NCBI GenBank assembly: GCA_002269645.1
Contig: NIVC01000679.1
Location: forward strand, 186,001 to 250,000
Source of the DNA: Macrostomum lignano
Lineage: Eukaryota
Length of the DNA: 64,000 nucleotides
Reading direction: 5' to 3'
Below the pieces are notes generated by a model. The model was given only the letters and a program-made list of their open reading frames with translations, did not search any database and was not told the DNA's origin. A program made the position numbers and the translations under genes. Position 1 is the stretch's first letter. The number at the start of each line of letters is the position of its first letter. Positions 1 through 15,400 of this stretch are shown here, one piece after another.

Positions 1-1110
1 CATGTTGGCTAAGAGCTGAGCGAGTCGGGAAGCAAAAGCTTCAAATAGAGCTTAGACGGGCTTTTGAGGTTAGCTGAGGAGCGCCGGAGCGGTTGGCCTC
101 GGGGCCGCCCTCGGCTGCCGCTTTTATGCTTTTCTCGGCCCGTCGGCGGGGGGGCAGCGTCGCGAAGGCGCCGCTCGGCAACGGGGGTTGAGCGCCTGGC
201 AACGGCTTGGTGGGGTGAGGGTGAGGGTGGGTAGGGTGGCTGACAGGGTGGAGTTTCAATTGATAGCCCCCTGCCGCAGTCTATGCAAAAAAGGCGAGGA
301 GCGGTGGAGGTTGGGAGCGGCGGCTTCGCTACGCCTTCGTCAAGCCGTTTTTCTCTCTATTGTTGCCATGGTAGTCTCTGGGGTATGGGGTAGGGGTTGG
401 AAGAGCAGCTTTCAAAGAGGCGCGGGTACGTGGTTTAATGGTTGGCAAGTTAGGCAAGGCTGGAAAGCGAGAGAAAGGGGGGACTGGCGGCGGCCCTAGC
501 AACGGCGGGGTAGTTGGCAGGTTGGGAGAGAGATGAGGACAGGTAAGAGAGAGAAAGAATGCTTGGGTTGCGCGCGAACCCACACGCTTTAGAGCTGCGA
601 GCGACTCTGCTTTCTGGCCATGGCAACCCCCCACCCCCTCTTGGGGGCGTCCATGACAACCGCTTATGCCTGCCCCTACCTAGAAGAGTGGGGCTGTTTA
701 TCTTGAGTACGGAGGGTTGAGTTCGAAGCGGCCGCATAACTTAACTGCGACTGAGTACAGTAGCGTGAGTGGATACTGCATGCATTCCTGTCGTGCAATG
801 TTGGAGGGGGTGGACAATGCGTACCTCAGGAATGCTCTGCAGTGATGATGACGCACGCTCTATGCAGCTGCATGGGACAATGGGCAGCTTGGAGCCTGCA
901 GAATATAGAAGAATAGGCCGAGGGGGGAAGGGGTTATAAAACTCAAAGCATTTTCAGCTCTCTCTCTATGCTGCACAAGTATAGAGACGACCGATTGCTG
1001 AATAATAGAACAGGTTTAGCAGCTGGGTGTGGAGACGGGGTTGCTGCTGTGCAGAGCTATTGCAGAAAGGCTTAGTTAATTTTTTTCGCTAAAGCTATAA
1101 GCTGAGACTC

Positions 1111-1112
<2 letters not shown>

Positions 1113-1142
<30 letters not shown>
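1113..1142. repeat. (GA)15 microsatellite
   Basis: Direct reading. Confidence 0.9.
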
Positions 1143-1146
<4 letters not shown>

Positions 1147-4100
1147 TTTAGATTTTAACCCCCGCTTCTTTCTGGCTATACCTGCTAAAGCTGCGACTCT
1201 CGCCCTAGCAACCAGCGGCGTCCGTTGCCCGTAGCAACGCGAACTGGCTCTACCGTACCCGCTATTACCCGCCCCCTCTCCACTTCGCGCTCGCTTGCAA
1301 CTCTATACTCTACCTGCAGTTAACCAACACCCCACCCCTCCATTCCCAGCAAGCAGAGATACTGACTGTATGTGTGCACCTGCATGGAATCAATCTTAAG
1401 ATTTTTCTGCTTTTAGGAAGTAAGGGAACTTTAGCTTTTTGATTGAGATTTAAGGTCGAGAGTGTTGGTTGTCAAAGATGACTCATGTTTAAGTGTTAAA
1501 ATGACTAATATCAATGATTACTTTGTGTTGTTGGACTCGAGCAACATGTATACAATGCCACCTTGTTATTTTTTTCACTTTTACTCAACTTTTAACCTTT
1601 ATGCGACTTTTTCTAAGGTGGCAAAAGTTGCTGCAGTTTTTGCAATCAGGGCTAAAAAGACTCCCTTCATACCCGGCTACTTGAGGCTGCCGGAGCATGT
1701 TGGTTACTGTCAGGCACAGAATGCCAACTGTTTTCCGGTTAATTGCCTTACTCGCGAGAGGGTCCGCGAAGCCTCTCTATCCGGCCCTCCGGGTCCTTTG
1801 AAACTTCACAATAGCAATCCCGCTCAAGATTGGTGTCTCTTCAGCTCTCTATAGTCGATCTCCGCCCTCTTTTCCTTCCTCTCTCCTCTCGTTTCGTCCC
1901 GTCTCGTCTCTTCTCCTTTATTCCCCTCGTCTCTCTTCTCTATTTCCTCTCTTCTCAGCCCTCCTTAGGCCTCAAGTCAGATGCTATATAGGTTGTAAAA
2001 AAGTTTGCCAATCCCTGCCTTGTTCAAATTCGCAAGATTTTCCAACTCTTTATACGGGAGCAAAAGGAATTACAGACCTCGCGTATAATGTAATAAAAGG
2101 TACGAGCAACGCTCGTATTATCGCTGAAGAAAAAATGGAAGATAAAATGCCAAAAATGGTCATGTCGAAAGCAAGTGCGAATAGTTGAATTTGAGCAATA
2201 TGCAACAGAATTAAAGCTCCATACTCGTTTAAATACCCGCTGTCAAATTTTCCAATTTCCATAAGTTACCGTCGCGGTTTATAATCTACAGTGTAACTGT
2301 GTAATCTTAAGAAATCATAGCAGCAGAGTTACAGAGCCCCTAAATAAGTATTGCTGCTCAAACATATAGCATAGAAAGACCAAAACACGAGTCTGAATTG
2401 AGAAACTGAGATAACAGAGATTGCAATGAGTGAGTAAGAAGATTCGCGTTTGCTCAGGGGGTCACGCACTGCTGCATGCAGCTGCATGGCCATACAGTGA
2501 GAGAGCTGTCTGCACACAGTTCAATGCAGATTTGAGGCGAGCCTCCAGTATGCCGGTTGCTATGGACTCATCCAGTGAATAGCTGCTGCAGCACCACTTG
2601 CCGACTGTCTTCGAATAAAGAAGACAATGACCCGAGGGCAGGCTTAAGCAAAAAATACAGACGAGATTCCGCCTCATATCTTGGGGGCACAACTCTGTTT
2701 AATTAGCGTTGAACTGCAGAGAGCTCCATCATCGCTAACAATTGCTCATGCAGGGGCATTTCTGTTGACGAACCCACCCATGATAATTCTTCCAAGTTTG
2801 GCCGTCTCGAGTTGAGATGAAGTTTTCGAGTGGCCCGAGTCCCAGTCTCTCGATCTGTGCAGGCTTTGAGAAACCATTTTCCTGCCAAAATAAGACTCGT
2901 CTCGCTTCAATGCATCTTATATGGTAGATGCAAATTCTAAGCATTGTTCGCCATTAGCTAAGCCTCGAGTGCTCAAGTTGGGGGCCACAAAATGCTTCTA
3001 GAATGCAATATTTTTGCGATTCAATCTTTAGGCAGTGCGTGCGTTATATACTCGTAAAATGGTTTCAGTGCAGGTAAAAATATGGAGCCTTTCAAAATAG
3101 ATGGCGTCCCTAGTTACCCGCAGGCTTAACCAGTTTTAATTGCTGGGCAACTCGCAGACTCATCTATCTACCCTACTCTAATTTTCTTGGAGGCCCTCGA
3201 ACACAGTCGAACCGAAAAAAATTGTTTTCGGGGCATTTTCGAGTGAACAGCATTTCGAGTTAGGCCTCATGTCTGCCATTTATGAGTGCAGTTTTTTCAT
3301 TTTATTTAGAATCTAAGATGTGTGCTTTACTGCTTTCTGTTAAATTTTGCTCCTAAATGCGTCATCGTCAGCCTGAAAATAGTGCGTCTCGAGCCACTGT
3401 AAAGAATAACATTGAAGTTTCTCTTTGTTCAGGTCAATACCTCTATGCAGACGTGTAAACAAGTTTGCCTGTATTGCATGACTCATTTAAAAGAAGAAAG
3501 AATGTTCCAAAGTTTTCTGTTCATTAATTTGAATAATTAACAAATAAAGTTACACTGCGAGTCACTTGGAGTCTCCGAATTGGGGCACTTTGGGTTTAAT
3601 TATTCGAAATACGTTTGCAGCTTAAATAATGAAGAACTGCTCTGTAGCTTATGTGTAAAATCATCGATCCGCAATGTCCCATTCGATGAACAAACGTTTT
3701 TTTATTTTTCACCCGATGGCGAATGTAAAAGTGAGGAAACAGGATTGGGGTGGGGACTGGAATGTGGGAGAACTGAGGATGGGACATCCAGCATTCGCAC
3801 AGTTGATGCGTTAGTCGTGGTTAAATAAATAGATAGCCCCCAGCTGCTTCAATACCCACAGATGAAGCTGCATACTAATATACAGTTCAACGGATGAACT
3901 CAAACCCGATATGGCCGCTTGGGTATTCCTGAAAAAAATTGGCAATCGTTTTTTTTCATCTTTTCTAGCTAGCTTAACAGTTCACTACAGCCCATCTAAA
4001 CAAAGATTTTGCAGATCTTGAAACGTGATACGAATTTGAAAACAAGATTAGACTAGAGAGAAGAGTAGAAGAGATAGAAAGATAATTAATTACCCATGGC

Positions 4101-4711
4101 CATAGGCGAAGACTACAAACACCGGTCCTACTGCTTTAGAAGTTAGAATACCAAGGTCTTGCTTGCCTTAGAATGACTGGATTAGTTAGCCGGTTTTGGG
4201 CATACAAAAAATTCTAAGCCCCAGCATTGTCCGTTACCATCCCAACGTTTGAGCCGGTTTGAGTTGGAGTGCTAAGTGCTGAGTCAGACTCAACCCCCCC
4301 CCCTAGCTCCAGCCCTCTCACCCCATCCACTTCATTCTCATTCTCTCTCGTTCACAATTCACAAAGAAAGAATTGGAGAATGGAGCACGCATAAATTTGA
4401 TGCAGAGAATGGCGAAGTCTATCGTCCTCCGCCCATCCTCCTCCCTCACTGCCTCTCTCACTGCCCATCCTTCCATTTCTGTCTGCCCGACAAAATAGAC
4501 CAAAACCCCTCTCTTTCGTTCCCAACTCTCACTGTACATTGAAAACTATGTACATTGGCCAGAGTGTACAGCAGGCCACATGGAGGCTGTCTTTCCTAAT
4601 TGCAGTTTTGTGACTCAGAGCGCGGCTGGTTGTTTAGCAACGGGTCGCGCCCACCCCACCAACCCCCCGACCACCCCACACACCCCAGCTAGTCTGAATG
4701 GCGGCGCAAGC

Positions 4712-4718
4712 TATAAAA
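4712..4718 (+). promoter_or_regulatory. Probable TATA box of beta-tubulin
   Basis: TATAAAA about 120 nt upstream of the ATG, followed by GC-rich sequence. Confidence 0.55.
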
Positions 4719-4833
4719 CTGGTACCCCTCAGCGCCCGCCCGGCACTATCTACACCGCCAGGACAAGCCAGTCTAAAGCTTCCTCTCTTATTCCGTCCAG
4801 ACTTCTACATCCCCCCTTACTAATCCCGTCAGA

Positions 4834-6484
<1,651 letters not shown>

Positions 6485-7009
6485 GCCATTCGCCATGGAC
6501 TTGAACATCCGGCACTCCAGACTGACAGACTGGCGCGGAATGATTGGAACATTCTAATATTTATACAATATTTTAAAATTTTGTAAGACACCCAAACTAC
6601 CTGTAATAACCAACCATGTTTTTTAATATTGAATCAGCGATTTATTTAAAAAATATTTCTCTATTCAAACTTTTAGGCGTTGTGCTTTTTAATACCAAAG
6701 ATGTGCGTTAAAATCTCGATTAGGTTTTTATCAAATAACTAATGATGGAATTCGATCAATAGTTTAGAACTATTATTCAAATCAAAGCTATGCTACGTCG
6801 ATGTTAAACCACATCTTTTTGATCGGGTAGCGAAATTAAACCAATTGCCCAAATAAATGTCAACTTCGGCGATTGTTTTTACCAACAAACTTAGTTCCAT
6901 GTATTTTATTCCTGGATAAGTATATTTTAATACGGATCGTAAGTGCCTCTGATGCTGGTGCCCACGAAGATATTAATTTCCATGAAATAGGGCCGCAATC
7001 AATGAAAGA

Positions 7010-8420
7010 AATGACGCCAAAATAAAATGAAATGGCGCCACAATATCAAATGGAATGGCGCCACAATATCAAATAGAATGGCGCCACAATATCAAATAGA
7101 ATGGCGCCACAATATCAAATAGAATGGCGCCACAATATCAAATGAAATGGCGCCACAATATCCAATAGAGTAGCGTCACAATATCAAATGAAATGGCGCC
7201 ACAATATCAAATAGAATGGCGCCACAATATCAAATAGAATGGCGCCACAATATCAAATGAAATGGCGCCACAATATCCAATGGAATGGCGCCACAATATC
7301 AAATGGAATGGCGCCACAATATCAAATGGAATGGCGCCAAAATGTCAAATGGAATGGCGCCACAATATCAAATGGAATGGCGCCAAAATATCAAATGAAA
7401 TGTCGGCACAATATCTCAAATGGAATGGCGCCACAATATCAAATGAAATGGCGCCACAATACGAGTATCAAATGGAATGGCGGCACAATCAAGTGAAATA
7501 GCGCCACAATCAAGTGAAATGGCGGCACAATCAAGTGAAATAGCGCCACAATCAAGTGAAATGGCGGCACAATATCAAATGAAATGGCGCCACAATATCA
7601 AATAGAATAAACGCCACAATATCAAATAGAATGGCGCCACAATATCAAATGAAATGGCGCCACAATATCCAATGGAATGGCGCCACAATATCAAATGGAA
7701 TGGCGCCACAATATCAAATGGAATGGCGCCAAAATGTCAAATGGAATGGCGCCACAATATCAAATGGAATGGCGCCAAAATATCAAATGAAATGTCGGCA
7801 CAATATCTCAAATGGAATGGCGCCACAATATCAAATGAAATGGCGCCACAATACGAGTATCAAATGGAATGGCGGCACAATCAAGTGAAATAGCGCCACA
7901 ATCAAGTGAAATGGCGGCACAATCAAGTGAAATAGCGCCACAATCAAGTGAAATGGCGGCACAATATCAAATGAAATGGCGCCACAATATCAAATGGAAT
8001 GGCGCCACAATATCAAATAAAATGGCGCCACAATATCAAATGAAATGGCGCCACAATATCAAATGGAATGGCGCCACAATATCAAATGAAATGGCGCCAC
8101 AATACGAGTATCAAATGGAATGGCGGCACAATCAAGTGAAATAGCGCCACAATCAAGTGAAATGGCGGCACAATCAAGTGAAATAGCGCCGCAATCAAAT
8201 GAAATGGCGCCACAATATCAAATGGAATGGCGCCACAATATCAAATGAAATGGCGCCACAATATCAAATTAAATGGCGCCATAATATCAAATGGAATGGC
8301 GCCACAATATCAAATGAAATGGCGCCACAATACGAGTATCAAATGGAATGGCGGCACAATCAAGTGAAATAGCGCCACAATCAAGTGAAATGGCGGCACA
8401 ATATCAAATGAAATGGCGTT
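7010..8420. repeat. 23-bp minisatellite (ATGGCGCCACAATATCAAATGGA) with a 392-bp higher-order duplication
   Basis: Direct reading; identical ORFs at 7239/7631 and 7262/7654. Confidence 0.95.
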
Positions 8421-9319
8421 AAAAGTAAATGAAATGCATGCCTTGTTGAATTCAATTAAGTGCCCGATCAATTAACGCAAGTGATACATTACATACTCGC
8501 ACATACAAATTGCTACATGAGCATTGTAAACAATTAACATGTACATTCAGATGCTATAGATCTAAAAGCTGAAAAGAATTTAGAATGCCAAGAAGCTAAT
8601 TAGTTTCATGTAACAGTACATTACTAATGTGCATTCATTTATTTAATGTCTAAAGAGCTATTAAAGCATGAATCGGTGCAAATTCAATGCGTATGTAAAT
8701 ATTTATATTTTTCATTTAAAAATCAAATTAAAATATGAAAAGGCAAATTTAGGCAGTGCAGGAAACACCGAAGTATAAAACAAAGGCACTGCGGTACATG
8801 CATGAGATGTCCATGCACAATTCAACTGTGGGGCAATTGCTTATAGAATCAATAAAAATGTAATGAGGGCTAACTTGAAATGATGAACAAAGCAGCTCTA
8901 AGCTAATTACGCATATATATGTACTTTTAGCGTGCATGTAAAAACTTACTGATATGCAAATTGAAAATGTAAAAGTCGAATTTAGTTGAGCAAAGTTGAT
9001 TTGTGTTTTTTGTTTAAATTCAAAATTTTTTTAATTGGGCCAGGCGAAAGATTTGCGGATTAAGAAATTAGAACTTTTTTGGAGGGGGAACAGAAATTAC
9101 ATAGAATACCACGCTAACTGTGGGGAGCGGGGTCGCTGTGTAAGCTGCGCGCACATAAAAATTTTAAAGCTGATAAATAGTGACCGGATATCCAATGCCG
9201 TAGGCCAATGATCATGGGCTAACGGCCTTAGCAACAAGGTTTTCTATCATTTCAAGTATTGCTATGCAATTATAGCATACACATCTGGTAAGGGCAAATA
9301 TGCGATTTTTATTTGCGTG

Positions 9320-9402
9320 GTTGCTATGATGTTGCTATGCTGTTGCTATGCTGTTGTTATGCTGTTGCTATGCTGTTGCTATGCTGTCTCTATGCTGTTG
9401 CC
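9320..9402. repeat. 11-bp tandem repeat GTTGCTATGCT
   Basis: About 7 copies. Confidence 0.85.
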
Positions 9403-9474
9403 GTGTGCCTGTAAAATCATCAATGATGCGCCTTATTCTGTAAAAACAAGTTGACAAGACAACAAACTAATTAA

Positions 9475-12400
9475 TCAATTGTTGTCAAGGCAAACAATCA
9501 AGTCGTTGGGAAGAAGCGGCATGCAGAGACGGTTGGCCAGGTGAGCAGCAGCGGCGGTGGCGTCTTCGGTTTGATAGACCACAGACGGGTGGCCCAGCTG
9601 GGGCAGCAGGCCTGCGGTGTCTGGTGGCAGCGACTCGCTGAAATCGGTTGAAGTTCAGGTTTATTACAGTTTTTGTCAATCCGAAGATTCGGGCCAGATG
9701 GGGATGAGCTGCTGAGAGTCTCATATGAGACATGCTGATGTAGAGACAGAATCTCATGGGAGATTATGCTGATGGAGTGAGAATCTCATGGGAGATTATG
9801 CTGATGGAGTGAGAATCTCATGGGATATAATGTTGATGGAGTGAGAATCTCATATGAGACATGCTGATGGAGTGAGAATTTCATGGGATATAATGTTGAT
9901 GGAGTGAGAATCTCATGGGATATAATGTTGATGGAGTGAGAATCTCATGGGATATAATGTTGATGGAGTGAGAATCTCATATGAGACATGCTGATGGAGT
10001 GAGAATCTTATGGGATATAATGTTAATGGAGTGAGAATCTCATGGGATACAATGTTGATGGAGTGAGAATCTCATAGGAGATGATGTTGATGATTGAGAA
10101 TCTCATGGGAGATGATATTGATGGACTGAGAATCTTATGGGACCTCAGAATTTCAGAAAATAGAGACAAGCGCAGGTACAGTACTCTCAAGTGGTGAGGG
10201 TGATGGAACAAGAGTCCACATAAATCCATATTCCATCATACTCATAGAAAGGCAATTCGCTAAAAATATCCTACTTTAAGTAGTTTCTCAAGCCGAGCGA
10301 CACCAGGTTTCCTTCCAGAATGAAAACTAGATAGTTTCCAGGAATCAGCTCGTTCCGATTCTGTAGAAAAATGTACAATTATGTAAACATAAACAAGCTG
10401 CATCATACATAATACGTTATAAATGACTACATGACCATTAGAGACGCCTCTGTGCCAACCCGTCAGCGCCAGCACCAGAGGCGCCAGCACCAGAGGCGCC
10501 AGCACCAGAGGCGCCAGCACCAGAGGCGCCAGCACCAGAGGCGCCAGCACCAGAGGCGCCAGCACCAGAGGCGCCAGCACCAGAGGCGCCAGCACCAGAG
10601 GCGCCAGCACCAGAGGCGCCAGCACCAGAGGCGCCAGCACCAGAGGCGCCAGCACCAGAGGCGCCAGCACCAGAGGCGCCAGCACCAGAGGCGCCAGCAC
10701 CAGAGGCGCCAGCACCAGAGGCTCCAGCACCAGAGGCGCCAGCACCAGAGGCGCCAGCACCAGAGGCGCCAGCACCAGAGGCGCCAGCACCAGAGGCGCC
10801 AGCACCAAATCATACGAATACAGAGATTCTAAGAATCATACGTGACTCATTGCCAATCACCAGTGTTCTCACATTCAGCACAGCGTCCACCTGCCGCCGT
10901 TGGCTCCCGCCGTCCCTGCTCAGGCCATCGTGCCCAGCTGCTTCCAGACGGTGCAGTCGAAGGTCGCGACCGAGGCTGGCGCACTGCCCGGGTGTTGCGG
11001 CTTCAAGGCGGAGGCTTTGCAAGCCGATTAGTCGGACGCCTCGACGGTGCAGCAGGTCGCAGAGGCGGGCCAGCAGAGGCAGCGCATCAGCGGCTGGCAG
11101 GCGCCACAACAAGCCGGTGCAGTCGCCAGCGGCGGTGGCTGTCGAAGGCGGCGACGGGTTGGCAGCGTATCTGCTGGCCGCTGCCGATTGCTGCTGCTGA
11201 GATGCTGCGAGGAGCTCGAAATCGGTCGCGATCTTCAAAGCGGTGTTTCGAGTTTTCGTAATTTTTTGAGGATCAAACTACCAGCTTGTGTATCTGAAAT
11301 TTGGATCTTTCTAACTTTGATTAGAAGCCCCTCTCTCCACGTGTCTTCAAATACGTTAAGGTGCCTTTAGGGGATAAACCTTCCTCACCTGTTTCTCCCC
11401 AAGTACTTTTGAGGACTGCTCCTCTTAACCTGCTTTTCTCCAGGTACTTTTGAGGAGTGCTCCTCTTTTACCTGTTCTCCCCAGGTACTTTGAGGAGTGC
11501 TTTTCTTTATACCTGTTTTCCCCAGGTACTTTGAGGAGTGCTTTTCTTTATACCTGTTCTCCCAGGTACTTTGAGGAGTGCTCCTCTTTACCTGTTCTCC
11601 CAGGTACTTTTGAGGAGTGCTCCTCTTTACCTGTTTCTCTTCAGGTACTTTTGAGGAGTGCTCCTCTTTACCTGTTCTCCCAGGTACTTTTGAGGAGTGC
11701 TCCTCTTTACCTGTTCTCCCAGGTACTTTTGAGGAGTGCTCCTCTTTACCTGTTCTCCCAGGTACTTTTGAGGAGTGCTCCTCTTTACCTGTTCTCCCCA
11801 GGTACTTTTGAGGAGTCCTCCCTCCAATAATAATATAATAACTGCTTACACCTGCCCTAATAGGCAGATGTGCAACCGACAGCTCAGCCGCAGCTATTGC
11901 GCGGCGTATCTGAAGGCTGCGTACGGCTGTTCAGTCCAAGGACTGGGGGGTCGCCACCCACACCTTCAATTACCCCAGCTAATGCTGGCACCCATTTTAC
12001 AGCTGGGTGAACTGAAGCAATGCAGAGTTAAGTGTCTTGCTCAAGGATACAAATTATTATCCGAGTGGGATTCGGGAATCGAACTTCTCCAAAAACGTAA
12101 CATCTCTATCTGCTCCTCACCAATCGATCGATGCCCAGTCTCTGTTCGACATCGTTCACTTCTCGCCAGTTTGTCGGCATAGCAACGGCAACCCTCGCTG
12201 GCAGAACTTCTACCAAAGCCGATCGTCGGCACATCAAGGCCGACACCGAGTTTTCTCGCTGCAGCCGAACAGCGCATTGAAACTCGTCAGTGTCGAGCTG
12301 ACGCACCAGGCCTAGCCAGTCGAGTTCGAAAGCGTCCCTAGCAACCAGCCGAGCGGCCCTAGCAACAGCTCGCAGGTGCCAATGTTGATCGTCATTGCTT

Positions 12401-15400
12401 GCGCCTTTACCACTGCTACTGTTACTGAGCAGTAGGTAGCTGTGAGTCACCACTCGATCGGGGCCGGGATGTCTGAGCTGGGCGAGGACGGTGGCCGCTT
12501 CGGCTGACGCACCTGAGGCCTCCGGCGGCGGGCAGGTCAGCAGACAGGGCCGGCGCTCCGAGCATTCGAACAGTTCGAAGTCGGCGAATAAGTTGCGAGT
12601 GAGGCTGCGGGTGAAGGACATTGTAGATTGATTGACAGGTGGCACATGATTTTCCAGGAGTCACTATTCGAGTCGCTTAAAGTCTTTCCCTGACAACCCT
12701 GATTCTTCTGACACCCTGGATGCTGACACTCCTGACACTCCTGACACTCCTGACAACCTGACACTCCAGACAACCTGACACTCCTGACAATCTGACACTC
12801 CTGACACTCCTGACACTCCAGACAACCTGACACTCCTGACAATCTGACACTCCTGACACTCCTGACACTCCTGACAACCTGACACTCCTGACAACCTAAC
12901 ACCCCTGACAACCTGACACCCCTGACAACCTGACACCCCTGACAACCTGACACCCCTGACAACCTGACACCCCTGACAACCTGATACCCCAGTCATCCTA
13001 AAAAAGTAATCCTAAAATTTCAAGTCTACAACTCGCAGTTTCAGTATCTTTATTATGAGTAACATATTAAAAAAATATGTTTAAAATCAAATTTATCTAC
13101 TTTATTGAAATTACTTTACTAACAGTAGGTGGTAACAGTTGAAATATTACAATATGCACTCACCAGTAGGCCTGATGCCAGGAGGTGCTGTGCAACAGTC
13201 GATAGTCGCTGCAAGCTGGATAGTGCGGCGCAATAGCGTCGAGTTGGTGCATCAACCCGACGCCTCTGATGACGAACGTCAGAGCTGGCAGCTCCATCAA
13301 CGGCTTGGCTGCTCGCCATTCGCTGCCGCCGCCACTTCCGCCTAGCAACTGCTCGGCAACGAAATGAGCGTGCAGCTGCGGAAACCGAGGCAGGCACTTC
13401 AAGCCGAGCAGCTCGAATTCGGCCAGCTGATCCAACAGTTCGGCGGCGATGGCTTGGAAATTCCGGCCGGAGACGATGAGAACGGCGAGCTGCTCCTGGT
13501 CTGGGTAGCGGGGCTCGTCAGGTCGGTGAGCGTCCGATTTCAGCTTGGGTAGCTGAGGGGTGTGGCGGATTGGTGACTGTGGGCTCCAGTGACCTGCTGC
13601 TTTGATGAGGCGCTATTGTCTTCTTTTGTTCCCCAACTGATGAGGCGCCATCCCCTCTGTTCCCATTTGATGAGGCGCTATTGTTCCCCAATTGTTCCCC
13701 GATTGATGAGGCACCATTTTCTTCTCTGTTCCCCAATTGATGAGGCACCATTGTCTCATCTGTTCTTCATTTAATGAGGCGCTACTGTCTGCTCTGTTCC
13801 CCATTTGATGAGGCGCCATTGTCTCCTCTGTTCCCCATTTGATGAGGCACCATTCTCTTTTTTCCCCATTTGATGAGGCGCTATTTGTTCCCCGATTGAT
13901 GAGGCACCATTTTCTACTCTGTTCCCCATTTGATGAGGCACTATTTTCTACTCTGTTCCCCATTTGATGAGGCACTATTTTCTACTCTGTTCCCCGATTG
14001 ATTAGGCACCATTTTCTACTCTGTTCCCCAATTGATGAGGCACCATTGTCTCATCTGTTCTCCATTTAATGAGGCGCTACTGTCTGCTCTGTTCCCCATT
14101 TGATGAGGCGCCATTGTCTCCTCTGTTCCCCATTTGATGAGGCACCATTCTCTTTTTTCCCCATTTTATGAGGCGCCATTTGTTCCCCGATTGATGAGGC
14201 ACCATTTTCTACTCTGTTCCCCATTTGATGAGGCACCATTTTCTACTCTGTTCCCCATTTGATGAGGCACCATTTTCTACTCTGCTCCCCATTTGATGAG
14301 GCACCATTTTCTACTCTGTTCCCCGATTGATTAGGCACCATTTTCTACTCTGTTCCCCATTTGATGAGGCACCATTTTCTACTCTGTTCCCCGATTGATT
14401 AGGCACCATTTTCTACTCTGTTCCCCGATTGATGAGGCACCATTTTCCACTCTGTTCCCCGATTGATGAAGCACCATTTTCTACTCTGTTCCCCATTTGA
14501 TGAGGCGCCATTGTCTCCTCTGTTCCCCAATCGATGAGGCGCCATTGTCTCCTCTGTTCCCCATTTGATGAGGCGCCTTTGTCTCCTCTGTTCCCCAATT
14601 GATGGGGCGCCATCCACTCTGTTCCCCATTTGATGAGGCGCCATCCCCTCTGTTCCCCAATCGATGAGGCACCATTGTCTCCTCTGTTCCCCAATTGACG
14701 AGGCACCATTGTCTCCTCTGTTCCCCAATCGATGAGGCACCATTGTCTCCTCTGTTCCCCAATTGACGAGGCACCATTGTCTCCTCTGTTCCCCAATTGA
14801 CGAGGCACCATTGTCTCCTCTGTTCCCCAATTGATGAGGCGCCATTGTCTCCTCTGTTCCCCAATTGACGAGGCACCATTGTCTACTCTGTTCCCCAATT
14901 GACGAGGCGCCATTGTCTCCTCTGTTTCTTAATTGATGAGGCGCCATTTCTTTCTGTTCTCCATTTGATGAGGCGCCATTGCCCTCCAGCTGTTCCTCAT
15001 TCGATGAGGCGCTCTGAGGCAACTCACCGAGTCAATTCTCGTACAGTGAACAGTTTGCAGCACAGCTGACAAGCACGGCATGGCAAAGAAAAGCAGCGAC
15101 GCTGGGACGCCTGTAAATCAGAATATTTTATTTAAAACTGTATTTTAGTTTGCAATTCATGTCAGACTACTCACTAGTAAACTAAGAAGTGTCAAGTTTC
15201 TGTCTTGACACTTCTCTCTGTTTCTCCCAATCAACTGTCTTTGACAGATTTACCCAATAAGGTGATTTATAAAATCTCATCGAGGAATGCTTCTAAGAAA
15301 ATGTGCTTTTTTATTCTACAGGACAATTTTCGTCCCTTGATTATTGGCCGCCCCAAAGGGGGGCACTAAATTGCTAGTCCATATACTAAAAATGGCTTGT

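Noticed and set aside
2329-2944. Cluster of short minus-strand ORFs
   Set aside because: No recognisable domain and no consistent splice or frame model.
7010-8420. TGGCGCC core resembling the LTR element PBS
   Set aside because: Only 7 nt are shared and there is no LTR context; probably chance.
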